From: Chiloscyllium plagiosum
Lineage: Eukaryota
Assembly: GCF_004010195.1 (NCBI RefSeq)
Contig: NC_057724.1
Coordinates: forward strand, 29,236,113-29,300,112
Length of the DNA: 64,000 nt
Reading direction: 5' to 3'
The notes under the pieces were generated by a model. It saw nothing but the letters and a program-made list of their open reading frames with translations, was not told where the DNA came from and searched no databases. Position numbers and translations under genes: made by a program. Below, piece after piece: positions 1 to 11,844 of the stretch; position 1 is the stretch's first letter, and the number at the start of each line of letters is the position of its first letter.

Positions 1-825
1 CAGATGGAGTTTAATTCAGATGAATGCAAGGTGCTGCATTTTGGGAAAGCAAATCTTAGCAGGACTTATACATTTAACGGTAAGGTCCTAGGGAGTGTTG
101 CTGAACAAAGAGACCTTGGAGTGCAGGTTCATAGCTCCTTGAAAGTGGAGTCGCAGGTAGATAGGATAGTGAAGAAGGCGTTTGGTATGCTTTCCTTTAT
201 TGGTCAGAGTATTGAGTACAGGAGTTGGGAGGTCATGTTGCGGCTGTACAGGACATTGGTTAGGCCACTGTTGGAATATTGCGTGCAATTCTGGACTCCT
301 ACCTATCGGCAAGATGTTGTGAAATTTGAAAGGGTTCAGAAAAGATTTACAAGGATGTTGCCAGGCTTGGAGGATCTGAACTACAGGGAGAGGCTGAACA
401 GGTTAGGGCTGTTTTCCCTGAACCATCAGGGGCTGAGTGGTGACCTTATAGAGGCTTACAAAATTATGAGGGGCATGGATAGGATAAATAGACAAAGTTT
501 TTTTCCCTGGGGTCGGTTTAGGTTGAGGTTTAGGTCTACCCAGAGAGCATAGGTTTAGGGTGAGAGGGGAAAGATATAAAAGAGACCTTTGGGGCAACGT
601 TTTCACGCAGAGGGTGGTATGTGTATGGAATGACCTGCCAGAGAATGTGGTGGAGACTGGTACAATTGCAGCATTTAAAAGGCATTTGGATGGGTATATG
701 AATAGGAAAGGTTTGGAGGGATATGGCCCGGGTGCTGGCAGGTGGGACTAGATTGGGTTGGGATATCTGGTCAGGATGGACGGGTTGGACTGAAGGGTCT
801 GTTTCTATGCTATACGTCTCTATGA
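1..825 (+). mobile_element. CR1-clade LINE, 3' part (RT C-terminus and 3' UTR), degenerate
   Basis: ORFs 4..552 and 560..751 carry CR1 C-terminal motifs (CKVLHFG, RDLGV, LYRTLVRPLLEYCVQFW, ERVQKRFTRMLPGL, FTQRVV..WN). Ends in a ctctatgac tail. Confidence 0.93.
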
Positions 826-1149
826 CCAGTTTGGATGATGAGTAGATTCTCAAATTGGCAGGAAGTCATCGGTAAACAAATACTTATAATGAAGCAATGG
901 CCGTTGGGAACACTGGATAGGATGGTGTTGGAGAATACTGGAAAATAGAAGCACAATATAAATAGTCATTTGGTAGTACAAAACCGGAGCCTTCTGACGA
1001 AGTGACACATTTTGTTAATTTTTTTTGCATTGAACTTATCAGGACAATTCATAAGAATTCAACATGTAAGTTCTACCTCATGGCAATGCCTCTACCAGTC
1101 ACAGTCTATCTGCAAAATAATCAGCACTCTCCTCTCATGCAGTATGGTT

Positions 1150-1480
1150 TTGTTATTCATTCACAAGATGTGGGTATCACTGACTAGGGCTGCATGTATT
1201 GCCCATCCCTGATTGCCCAGTGAGCTGTTAAGAATCAACCACATTGCTGTAGGTCTGAAGTCACAGGTCAGCCAGACCAGGTCAGGATGGCAGTTTCTTT
1301 CCCTGAAGAACGTTAGTGAACCAGATAGGTTTTTCTAAACAATCAATATGGTCATCATTAGACTTTTAATTCCAAATTCTTACTGAATTCAAACTTCACC
1401 ATCTGCCTTGGTGGGATTCAAACCCAGGTCTCCAGAACATTACCTGGTTTCTGGATTACACCACTTGACCAATGTCTCCC
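1150..1480 (-). mobile_element. tRNA-derived shark SINE (Deu-domain/SacSINE-like), degenerate
   Basis: Reverse strand shows a B-box-like GGTTTGAATCCC head and a ...ccacatcttgtgaatgaataa tail. Similar to the copies at 16760-17405 and 23140-23540. The family name is inferred from memory. Confidence 0.6.
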
Positions 1481-1759
1481 ATGAAATGTCCTGATAAATA
1501 CAAGATGAAAAGTTTTGACAAAACATTGTTTCAGCAATTCTCGAAGAAAAGGTATTCTGTTTTCATGGTGGAGAATATAAAAATCATTTCAGTAATAGCT
1601 GTAAATCGGGGGTGGAAGTGAGAGGAACTTAGAGGAATTTATAATCACTAGGGAAGTGGTACTAAGCAAACTAGAGCTGTGAATGTAAGACCATTATGAT
1701 ATAGGAGTAGAAGTAAATCATTTGGTTTATTGATTGCACTCCGTCATTCAACGAGATAG

Positions 1760-4237
1760 CTTAATGTTCCATGATACAAATGCTACAGGAAGGATAGAAA
1801 GGAAGACGAGAGAACGGGGGAGTGGCATTTTTGATAAAGGATAGCTTTATGGCTGTACTTAGGATATTCCTGGAAATATGTCCAGGGAAGTTATTTGGGT
1901 GGAACTGAAAAATAAGAAAGGGATATTCACCTTATTGGGATTGTGTTATGGACCCTCTTAATAGCAGGAAATTGAGAAACAAATTTGTAAGGAGATCTCA
2001 CTTATCTGTAAGGATAATAGGGTGGTTATGGTAGGGTATTTTAAGTTTCCAAACAATGACTGGGACTGCCATAGTGTTTGGATGGAGAGGAATTTGTTAA
2101 GTGTGGGGGGAAAAAAAAAATTCTAATTCAGTATGTTGATGAACCCACTATAGAAGGTGCAAAACTTGACCTACTCTTCGGAAATAAGGCAGGGCAGGTG
2201 ACTGAGGTACCAGTGGGGGAGCACTTTGGGGCCAGTGACCATAATTCTATTAGTTTTAAAATAATGATGGAAAAGGATAGACCAGATCTAAAAGTTGAAG
2301 TTCTAAATTGGAGAAAGGCCAGTTTTGATGGTATTAAGCAAGAACTTTCAAAAGCTGATTGGAGGCAGATATTCTCAGGTAAAGGGTCGGCTGGAAAATA
2401 GGAAGCCTTCAGAAATGAGATAACGAGAGTCCAGAGACAGTATATTCCTGTTCGGGTGAAAGGAAAGGCTGGTAGGTGTGGAGAATGCTGGATGACTAGA
2501 GAAATTGAAGGTTTGGTTAAGAAAAAGAAGGAAGCATATACAGTAGACAGGAGGGATCAACTGAATCCTTAGAAGAGTATAAAGATAGTAGGAGTATACT
2601 TAAGAATGAAATCAGGGCAAAAGGGGACATGAGATAGCTTTGGCAAATAAGGTTAAGAAGAATCCAAAGAGTTTTTACAAATACATTAAGGACAAAAGGG
2701 TAACTAGGGAGGGAATAGGGCCTCTCAAAGATCAGCAAGGTGGCCTTTATGTGGAGCTGCAGGAGATGGGGGAGATACTAAACAAGTATTTTGCATCAAT
2801 GTTTACTGTGGAGAAGGACATGGAAGATATAGAATGTAGGGAAATAGATGGTGACATCTTGAAAAATGGCTGTATTACAGAGGAGGAAGTGCTGGATGTC
2901 TTGAAATGCATAAAGATGGATAAATCCCCAGGATCTGACCAAGTGTACCCTAGAACTCTGTGGGAAACTAGGGAAGTGATTGCTGGGCACTTTGCTGAGA
3001 TATTCGTGTGTCTAATAAACTTGATTGAGTTTTTTGAAGAAGTAACAAAAAGGATTGATGAAGGCAGAGCACTGGACTTTATCTATATGGACTTTAGTAA
3101 GGCATTTGACAAGGTTCTCCATGGGACACTGGTTAGCAAGGTTAGATCTCATGGAATACAGGGAGAACTAGCCATTTGGATACAGAACTGGCTCAATGGT
3201 AGAAGACAGGGTATTGGTAGAAGGTTGTTTTTCAGACTGGAGGCTTGTGACCAGTGGAGTACCCCAAAGATAGGTGCGGGGTCCACTACTTTTCTTCATT
3301 TATGTAAATGATTTGGATGTGAACATAGGAGGTAAAGTTAGTAAGTTTGCAGATGACACCAACATTGGAAGTGTAGTGACACCGAAGAAGGTTACCTCAG
3401 ATTACAACGGGATCTTCATGAGATGGGCCAATGGGCTGAGGAGTGGCAGATGGAGTTTAGATAAATGTGAGGTGTTGCATTGTGGGAAAGCAAATCTTAG
3501 CAGGATTTATACACTAAATGGTAATGTCCTAGGGACTGTTGCCGAACAAAGAGACCTTGGAGGGCAGGTTCATAGCTCCTTGTAAGTAGAGTTACAGATA
3601 AATAGATAATTAAGATGATGTTTGGTATGCTTTCCTTTATTGGTCAGATCACTGAGTATAGGAGTTGGGTGGTCATGTTGCGGCTATACAGGATGTTGGT
3701 CAGGCCACTTTTGTAATATTGTGTGCAATTCTGGTCTCCTTCCTATTGGAAGGATGTTGTGAAATTTGAAAGGATTCAGAAAAGATTTACAAGGAAATTG
3801 CCTGGATTGGAGGATTTGAGTTATAGGGAGAGGTTGAATAGGCTGGGGCTGTTTTCCCTGGAACGTCAGATGCCGAGGGCTAAGCTTATAGCGGTTTATA
3901 AAATCATGAGGGGCATGGATAGGGTAAATAGACAAGATCTTTTCCCTGGGGTCAGGGAGTGCAGAACTAGAGGGCATAGGTTAAGGGTGAGAGGGGAAAA
4001 ATGTAAAAGAGACCTAAGGGGCAACGTTTTCACACAGAGGGTGCCAGAGGAAGGGGTGGAGGCTGGTACAATTGCAACATTTAAAAGGCATCTGGATGGG
4101 TATATGAATAGGAAGGGTTTGGAGGGATATGAGCTGGGTACTGACAGGTGGGACTAGATTGGGTTGGGATATCTGGTCAGCATGGACGGGTTGGACTGAA
4201 GGGTCTGTTTCCATGCTATACATCTCTATGACTCTAT
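1760..4237 (+). mobile_element. CR1-clade LINE ORF2 (endonuclease + RT), 5'-truncated, internally deleted, frameshifted
   Basis: ORF fragments with endonuclease (LDLLFGN, SDHNSI) and RT (KSPGSD, YMDFSKAFDKV, KFADDT) motifs. Same 3' tail as 1-825. Inserted into a minus-strand CR1 3' end. Confidence 0.93.
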
Positions 4238-6050
4238 CTGATAATCATCAACTCCACTTCCCTGCCTTTTCTCCCATAATCCTTGATTTCCTTAATGATT
4301 AGGAATCTATCTCAACCTTGAATATACTTTATAATCCGGCCTCGACAGCTCTCTGCAGCAAAGAATTCCACAGATTCACTCCCCTTTTGAGAGAAGAAAT
4401 TTTTCCTCATCTCTACCTTGAATGGGTGACTTCTTATTCAGATTATGTTCTTTGGTCCTCGACTCTTCGACCAAGGGAAACAACCTCTCAGCATTGATCT
4501 TGTCAAGTCCCCTTAGTTTCTATCTCTGGATGGACTTCACCACTCGATCCTAAGAGGTTGTTAATGAGGTAGTAGATGCATTGGCATTAATTTTCCAAAA
4601 TTCCTAGATCCCACAAGGGATCAAACTGAAAAGTAGCAAATATAACCTGTCCCTTTCAGAATGGAAAAGGAAATTATAGGCCAGTTAGCTTGAGGTCTGT
4701 TATGGGAAAGATGATTTAGAAATGTAGCAAATAAGCGTAGGCCATTTGGACTTCTGAGCCTGCTCCGCCATTAAATTGAATCATGTTTGATCATCTAACT
4801 CAGTACCTGTTGCTAATTTCTCAACCTATACCTTTTGATCCCTTTCGGGCTAAGAACTATATCTCCTTGAAAGCAATCAATGTTTTGTCTTCTGTGGCAG
4901 AAGCTCCCACAGATCACTACTCACTGGGTGAAAATATTTCTACTTATCCAAGCCCTAAATAGACTAATCCATTTCCTTAATTTGTGACTCCTGGTTCTTG
5001 ACTCCCTGGTCATTGTGAACATTATTGCTGTGTTTACCCTGCCCAGTCCTGTTAGAATTTTATGGGTTTCTATGAGTTTCCTCTCATTCTTCTAAACTTC
5101 CAGTGAATATAATCCTAACCAATCCAGTCTCTCTTCATACATCAATCCAGCCATCCCTTAAATCGAAGTCTGGTAAACCTTTGTTGTCCTCAGTCCATAG
5201 CCAGAACTTCCTTCTCAGATAAGCCTACCTAAACTGCTCACAATACTACAGGTATGAGCTCACTGAGGCCCTGTATAACTGTAGTGAGACATCCCTTCTC
5301 CTGTATTTAAAACCTCTCAATGAAAACCAACATACCATTTGCAACCTTCATGTCTGCTGCACCTGCATGCTCACTTTCAGTGACTGGTGTCCAAGGACAT
5401 CTAGGTATTGTTGCATCTCCCACTTTCCCAATATATCACCACTCAAATAATAATGTGTAATTGCCAACAAAAGGGATAACCTCACATTTATCCACATTAT
5501 ACTTCTTGGACTATAACCTGGTGTTGTGTGACTTCTAACCTTATCTATATAAGCTCTTAAAATCAGTATGGATATTACCCACTTACTCTCGTACTCTATT
5601 TCTTCTCTCTTAATCACTTTGTCCTCCTTTGCTGAAATCTAAACTGATCCTACTCCTCAAGTCTGTTGCTTTTTTTTTTGGCCAATTTTTTTGTCCTCTC
5701 CTTGGATATAATACTACCTCTAATTTACCTTGTGAGCCACGGTTGGGCGACCTTTCCTGTTTTATTTTCTGCCAGGCAGGAAAGAACAATTGTTACATTT
5801 CTGCTGCAGTGAAGTTATACAGCTATTCAGAGATGTTATAATTGTTGTGAGTAAAACAAATCCAGATCCCACAGAGGTTGGTCTTAAGACCTAGTGGATA
5901 GATTCTTGTTAGGCGGGGGATCAAAGGTTACCAGGGACAAATAGGAATATGGAATTTGAAGCACAACCAGCTCAGTCATGATCTTATTGTTTGGCAGAGC
6001 AGGCTTGAGGGGTCAAATGGGCTACTTCTGCTCCTATTTTGTATGTTTAT
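4238..6050. mobile_element. Nested older CR1 fragments in both orientations
   Basis: Minus-strand CR1 3' segments (about 4238-4515 and 4720-5500) interrupt plus-strand CR1 RT/3' remnants (about 4550-4715 and 5890-6050). Confidence 0.65.
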
Positions 6051-6144
6051 GTTTGCGCTCTCAATTTGCATTTCAATTCATAAATAGCACAGAAATGTTT
6101 TTTCCATCTCAGCAAATTGCATGATTGCAATAAATTGCAATAGG

Positions 6145-6388
6145 GGTACAATAACTATCTAAGAGGTGAGAAGAAATTAGTTTATTTCCGTTCTCACTGT
6201 TTAATGTCACAAGGTTGTCAGCATTGAAGCCAAATTTCTTGTTTACACTATAAACAACGGAGTTCCATGTAACAGTTGTTTTAGTAACTTCCATTTTCTA
6301 TTTAAAAAGAAACTTGTTTTAGTAATTTCCATTTTCGATCTAAAAAGAAACTAAGTGCATTTATACTGCAACTTCTCAGTGTCAGTTT
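6145..6388 (+). repeat. Local direct repeat copy A (partner 9226-9431) with an internal 38-bp tandem duplication
   Basis: Aligns by eye from ggtacaataacta to cttctcagtgtc. The internal unit occurs at 6276-6313 and 6314-6351. Confidence 0.9.
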
Positions 6389-7007
6389 GTTGAAGAATAT
6401 GAAAGTAACTTATGATAGGAACAATCCCAATTTTGCCAATCTATTCTTGCAAATGAAGTCTGTCATTAGTGGAATCATCCTTGAGAATCTTTTGTGAACA
6501 GATTTGAATGCCTTCAAATATTTCCTGAAATGTGTTTAAAATTTGTCACAGTTCTCCAGTTGAGGCCAAACTAATAGTTTACAAAGGATCCCCCATTATA
6601 AAGAAAATAGAAGCAGGAGTAAGCTATTTGGCCCCGTGAAACTGCTCCACCATTCAACACAATCACCCTTTGATGCCTAGGAGCTTTATCTAACACCTTG
6701 AAAACATTCAATGTTTTAGCCTCAACCACTTTTTGTAGCAGAGAATTCCACAGGCCCATAATTCTCTGGGTGAAGAAATTTCTCAATCCTAACTGCCCCA
6801 TCCATAACTTACTTGCTTTTGTACTCTGTGTCTCCAGTTATGAAGCCCAGGATCCTGTATGTCTTATAAACTACTTTTTCACCTGGTTCTGCTGTGTTCA
6901 ACATTTTGTGTACATATGTTTCCAGTTTTTTTGCTCTTACACCCTTAAAAGCTCAAACTGTGTTTGACCAAAATTAATAGATAGTCCCACTTCCATTTTT
7001 TTGGAAT

Positions 7008-7085
7008 AGTGGTGCTGGAAGAGCACAGCAGTTCAGGCAGCATCCAAGGAGCTTCAAAATCGACGTTTCGGGCAAAAGCCCTTCA
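7008..7085 (-). mobile_element. Penelope-type terminal repeat fragment (truncated hammerhead-like core)
   Basis: Reverse strand reads gaagggcttttgcccgaaacgtcgatt...gctgtgctcttccagcaccac, the same family as 8457-8680 and 49236-49327. The upstream CTGA is missing. Confidence 0.75.
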
Positions 7086-7700
7086 AACTTCCATTTTTGC
7101 TAACATTTAATGATTGAAGTAATATTTTTCTATTTATTAGATCTTAATACAGTGAAAGTGAACTAGACAATGAGTGACAACGTTCTGGCAGAATGTGACC
7201 ATGATTAAATAGAATTCAGAATTACATAGCATCAATCTATAAATAGATAATTAACAAAAAAAATCAGTCAATAGAATTCTGACATTCTTGTACATTATGA
7301 AGGTTTGTAATGATTGCGATTACTGCACTTATTGCATCCCTGACTACCTTTATAAAGAACTAATTAAATAGTTGAAATACCACACACACAGTCTACTTCC
7401 ATTCTATTTCAAAACGATATTCACATTCTAGGATTAAATAACTGGCAGTTTACCAAAAATATAGTTGGTATCCAGACAATCGTCAAGTATAAATTTAGAA
7501 TACATTATTTAATTCAATTTTTGTGCCATTCGGTACACTTCAGATTTAACATTTGACTGGGAGGAGATTTAAAGACATTGCTGTGCTCATTATATCATCA
7601 TTCCAAATCCTCATGGTTAGTCGTGATGTAACTCATAATTAAAGTCTGGTGCAATACTTTGGCAATCTTTAGAAGTGATATATGACTAAAGGATTTATAT

Positions 7701-7849
7701 TCACTGACAATTAGTGGATATCTGTAAGCTTTTCTTTTCCTCTTCTTTCAAAAACCCTGAACAGCAAACAGACGTCTTTGCATATATCTTACAGCACTTG
7801 TGCATTTCTTCAATTACATGCTGGCATCTGCTTTCTTGATAATGATTAG
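7701..7849 (-). CDS. CMC4: CMC4 last coding exon: (A)NHYQESRCQHVIEEMHKCCKIYAKTSVCCSGFLKEEEKKSLQISTNCQ*
   Basis: Acceptor tttacag at 7850-7851 (minus strand), phase matches the upstream exon, TGA at 7701-7703. Completes a 68-aa twin CX9C protein (C7-C17, C28-C38). Confidence 0.93.
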
Positions 7850-8456
7850 CTGTAAAGGACACATGAGAAATGAGGAATCATTCAAAGACCATAGGTGTCA
7901 TTCCAGTTCAGCTTTCATACAGGAACATCTGCCATTGATCCAAGCTGGTCCTTTTTGGCAGCACAGAATGGAAAGGAATAACCACTTTCCTCTAGGATTT
8001 AATTTTTCAAGTACTATTAATGAATTGAACTATGTGATGGAGGTAAAAAGTGTTCTCTTAGTCCATTCTTATGAAATTACTGACTTCAGGTGATGAAATT
8101 ACTGACTTCAGGTTTTAGAAGTGTAAGTGGCGAGTCTCGATACTATGTGGCAGGATGCTGCCATGATTTGGAGGGATAGGGGAGAAGACAGAAAGAGAGA
8201 GAGAGGAAAGAATTGGCCAAAATATGAAGGAATATTAAGATAAAATCCTAGACAACATGATATTTAGCTATTCACATCAGCAAATCCAAATATTCACATC
8301 AGCAATTTCTTTTTTTCAAAAACAGAAAATTATATTGTTAAGTATAAAAGTATGTTATGCTGTTAACTTTTTTGGAAGCTGACAGTCAGCTTTTTTTTTA
8401 ATGAAAGTAATTGCAAAAAAGATATAGTTCAGAGTGCTAGACAAGTATCTGGAATT

Positions 8457-8680
8457 GAGAGTGTGGTGCTGGAAAAGCACAGCAGGTCAGACAGCATCCA
8501 AGAAGCAGGAGATCTGATGTTTCGGGCAAGAGCCCTTCGTCAGGATCATGATTCCTGATAAAGGGCTCTTGCCCGAAATGTCGATTCTCCTGCTCCTCGG
8601 ATGTTGCCTGACCGGATGTGCTTTTCCAGCACCACACTCTCGACACTGATCTCCAGCATCTGCAGTCCTCAATTTCTCCT
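8457..8680. mobile_element. Fold-back (inverted) Penelope-type terminal repeat insertion with putative 12-bp TSD
   Basis: Arms at about 8457-8545 and 8553-8641 are reverse complements. Flanks read tatctggaattg (8446-8457) and tatctagaattg (8683-8694). Confidence 0.85.
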
Positions 8681-9072
8681 AATATCTAGAATTGGTGGGT
8701 TAACTTATGAGGAAGGGTTGGACAAGCTAAACTTGCATTTGTATTTTTAGATATTGAAGGTGTCGAGGGGTATGAAGAGAAAGTGGGAATAAGGCAATGA
8801 GATAAAGGATCAACCATGAACATAATAAATGGCAGAGCAGGTTCAAATGGCCAAATAACTCTTTCTTGTTTCTATGTATGTATGTATGTATTGTAATGAC
8901 AAAATGTCAAACACCATGTGAAGCTGTTCAATAATATTACAAATAAATTTGCATGACTTTAGTGTCTCAATAAAATTTAACTAATTTGGGATAAATGATA
9001 AAGGGCGAATGATGAGTATCAGACACTTCAAACTAAGCACACTGAAGGAGAAAATGAAAACTTAAATTTCAC

Positions 9073-9130
9073 CTTGTAAGCACTTCTGTATTTCACAGGC
9101 TTGTTTCTGACAGGGATCTTTAGTAGACAT
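9073..9130 (-). CDS. CMC4: CMC4 first coding exon: MSTKDPCQKQACEIQKCLQ
   Basis: ATG at 9130-9128, preceded by a 10-nt UTR and acceptor ttttcag (exon starts at 9140). Donor G|gtgaaa at 9072. Matches the CMC4/p8MTCP1 N-terminus KDPCQKQACEIQKCLQ. Confidence 0.95.
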
Positions 9131-9225
9131 AGCAAAGCACCTGAAAAATAAATTGGTAGATTGGCATTTTTGTTTGCACTTTTACACAGTATGTTCAATG
9201 GCTAAATGTAAAATGTAAGACATGA

Positions 9226-9431
9226 GGTACAATAACTATATAAGAGATGAGAAGAAATTAGTTTATTTCCATTCTAACTGTTCAATGTCACAAGGTTGTC
9301 AGCACTGAAGCCAGATTACTTGTTTACACTATAAACAACAGAGTTCCATGTAACAGTTGTTTTAGTAATTTCCATTTTCTACTTAAAAAGGAACTAAGTG
9401 CGTTTACACTGCAACTTCTCAGTGTCTGTTT
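9226..9431 (+). repeat. Local direct repeat copy B (partner 6145-6388)
   Basis: Aligns by eye with copy A; scattered substitutions only. Confidence 0.9.
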
Positions 9432-9699
9432 CAGTCATGTGGAAGCCTTTACATCATCTCAGAAGTGAAACATGAATTGATTCTGAAATATACATGGGAA
9501 GAGTAGGCACTTTGACGCTACATGGGAGTGGAACTCTGGAGTCAAAGCAGTGGGGCATTTTTTAAAAAATTATCTGCAGTTAATTTAAATATTTTAACTA
9601 GTAATTACAAAGAGGGAACAAACATGCTGAGCAGTGTAATTATAACCTTACATTTTCATCGTCAGCAAGCTGGGAAAACTTTTTTGAGATATAGAGATG

Positions 9700-9852
9700 C
9701 CAGTGTTGGACTGGGGTGTACAAAGTTAAAAGACACACAACACCAGGTTATAGTTCAACAGGTTAAATTGGAAGCACTAGGTTTCAGAGCGCTGCTGCTT
9801 CATCAGGTGGTTGTGGACTATAAGTTACTTGTGATGTGTGATTTTTAACTTT
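9700..9852 (-). mobile_element. Second-family Penelope-type terminal repeat with degenerate hammerhead core and short inverted ends
   Basis: Reverse strand reads cacCTGATGAagcagcagcgctctGAAAcctagtg. The ends aaagttaaaa...cacaacaccaggttatag and ctataag...gtgtgatttttaacttt are inverted relative to each other. Confidence 0.65.
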
Positions 9853-10449
9853 TTCTTGAGAGCTTGTCTAAAAAAATTTGAAGATATTCTAAACATGCAA
9901 ATGTATCCCAAATTTATTTCTTAAAATACTTCTACGTGTCATGTGCCGATTCAGACATCAATTCTTCAAACGTTAGTTTTGAATGTACCAAAAGGTTTCA
10001 ACTCTGCCTTGAATGTAGTTTCCAAGAACAAGCTGGATATCTGTGATAGGCCTGAATTCTCAATGTTTTTTCAATCCCTTCCATCTATGAAATTCTACTC
10101 CTAAAATATTTGGTTTAAAGATACCCACTTTGCTGTATCCTACAGGCTGCAGATCAGCAATTATCAAGATTAGTATTTTGTTTCTGTTTCATTCGTTAAG
10201 GGGAGGAGGGGGGACTTATTTAGACGCAGCTTCCTGAAAACTCAAGGTACAAACTTAATCCGTCCTTTTCAGGAATCTGATCAAAGTGCTGTAAGGCTAA
10301 CTCTAATAACAATAACCATGTGGATGTACTTTCTCATCAAACTGACCTGTCTGGCCTCAGACCTTTAACTGCTCTGGAGAGTTAGTGTCACCTCATAAAT
10401 TGCTCGTGTTCAGCGCCCAATGAACATATGAAAATTAAATATCAACATC

Positions 10450-10945
10450 TTTTCAGTCTCGCGATGTTACAATTGATGTGCACAATGCGAACTCCCTCTG
10501 CCGAAATTTTAAAGTTGCGTTTATCACTCGTAATTTTTTTCCTCTTCCCACCCCCCGCCGCTGGCACAATATTAACTCGGGGGAATGTTCCCGGAACCGA
10601 GTTGCGACGCGCGCGCTTGCCGCCCGGCGCCGGTTGTCAGTCGGTCGGCCTCCCATGTTTGTCGGGAAGGGGAGAGGATCCGGTTCGGTTTAAAGCGAGT
10701 TTAGGTTTGACTCCCAAGTGTTGAGCGAACATGGCAGTGTGCGGGGTTCACCTGGACTCGGATGCGTTCCTCGTGTGTTTAAATCACGCCTTGTCCACCG
10801 AGAAGGAGGAAGTGATGGGACTGTGTATCGGAGAGGTACCCACTCGAACCTTCCCTTAGCAACCGGGCGGGAGACTGTCACCCTGACAACCCGACTCCCC
10901 CCTTAGCAACGGGCTGGGCATTGTTACCCCCGGCAACCAGGTCTC
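10450..10945. promoter_or_regulatory. CpG island / bidirectional promoter of CMC4 (-) and BRCC3 (+)
   Basis: Strongest CpG-dense non-repeat stretch in the window (gcgacgcgcgcgcttgccgcccggcgccgg). Lies between two divergently oriented genes. Contains NRF1-like GCGCGCGC, ETS-like CCGGAA and a GC box. Confidence 0.8.
10731..10835 (+). CDS. BRCC3: BRCC3 exon 1: MAVCGVHLDSDAFLVCLNHALSTEKEEVMGLCIGE
   Basis: ATG in good Kozak context (aacATGg), 35 codons, donor GAG|gtaccc. Matches the BRCC36 MPN/JAMM N-terminus including the EEVMGL glutamate region. Confidence 0.96.
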
Positions 10946-11844
10946 AGCATCCCTTGATGAGGAAGCCTCAGCATCTGTTTCTCCCCTCTGAGTGGGAATT
11001 GGTGCATTGCCTCAGGATTCGGGTCTGGGGCTATCATCCAGAGGTTGTTCAATCCTATCACTAGCACAGGCCCAGCTGGTACTGTCTGCTGGTCTACTGG
11101 AACTAACTCATCACTTCTGCAAGGTGATGCTCTTTACAGGCTGCTGGAGCGCAGCAAAGGTCCCTTCGCCTTACCCCTTTCTGTGCTGGGGCGTTGACTG
11201 AACTCATCAAATTAGTCCTGTTCAGTTAATGTGCACGAAGATTATTCACTGAGCCGATTGTTCTCTCAATAGAGCAAATCTCAAAATTCGATATAAATCC
11301 AATCCCTGTGGAATTATTGCTTCAGTTCCAATAGGGTGCCCGAGCATGAAGATAGGATTTTATTAATGTTACTTTCAGGAAATATTGGTATACAGTGTAT
11401 GGGTTATCTGAATGTGCCAAGTGCAGGTTGCTTCGGAAGACAAAGTATCATTGGATCTATGCATCCCCCAGCTCTGCACCACTTGGGTTTTGCTTGCATC
11501 GTGTTCTAAAATAATTCACAGAGTTGCTACAGTGCAGAAGGACTATTTAATCCATTGCTACAGTGCTGGGTCTCCAGTGGAACAATTTTATGAGCCCCAA
11601 ATCCCACCTTCTTTTCATGGTCCAGCAATAATTTCAGAATTGTATCCATCATTTTATGTTGTCTCTTTGACTTCTTCCTACCACAATGAATGACATCAGA
11701 GTTCTCTGCATTAAATGTCATTGTTTGCCTATACCATCAACCTACCTGTTTTGTCCTGTTGAAGTTCTATAATCTCCTCACAAATGTTCAAGTTTTGTAT
11801 CATCAACAAAATTTTAAGTCACTTAACAACAACTCCTGGAGAAC

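Noticed and set aside
6109-6294. 61-aa ORF in the duplicated unit
   Set aside because: The second copy has in-frame stops, and there is no recognisable domain.
8071-8113. TGATGA...CTGA resembling a C/D snoRNA
   Set aside because: It is a 22-bp tandem duplication (atgaaattactgacttcaggt x2), and the boxes are far too close together.
10428-10906. Overlapping ORFs in the CpG island (10428..10724, 10453..10656, 10718..10906)
   Set aside because: By-products of high GC content. The real coding frame is BRCC3 exon 1 at 10731-10835.
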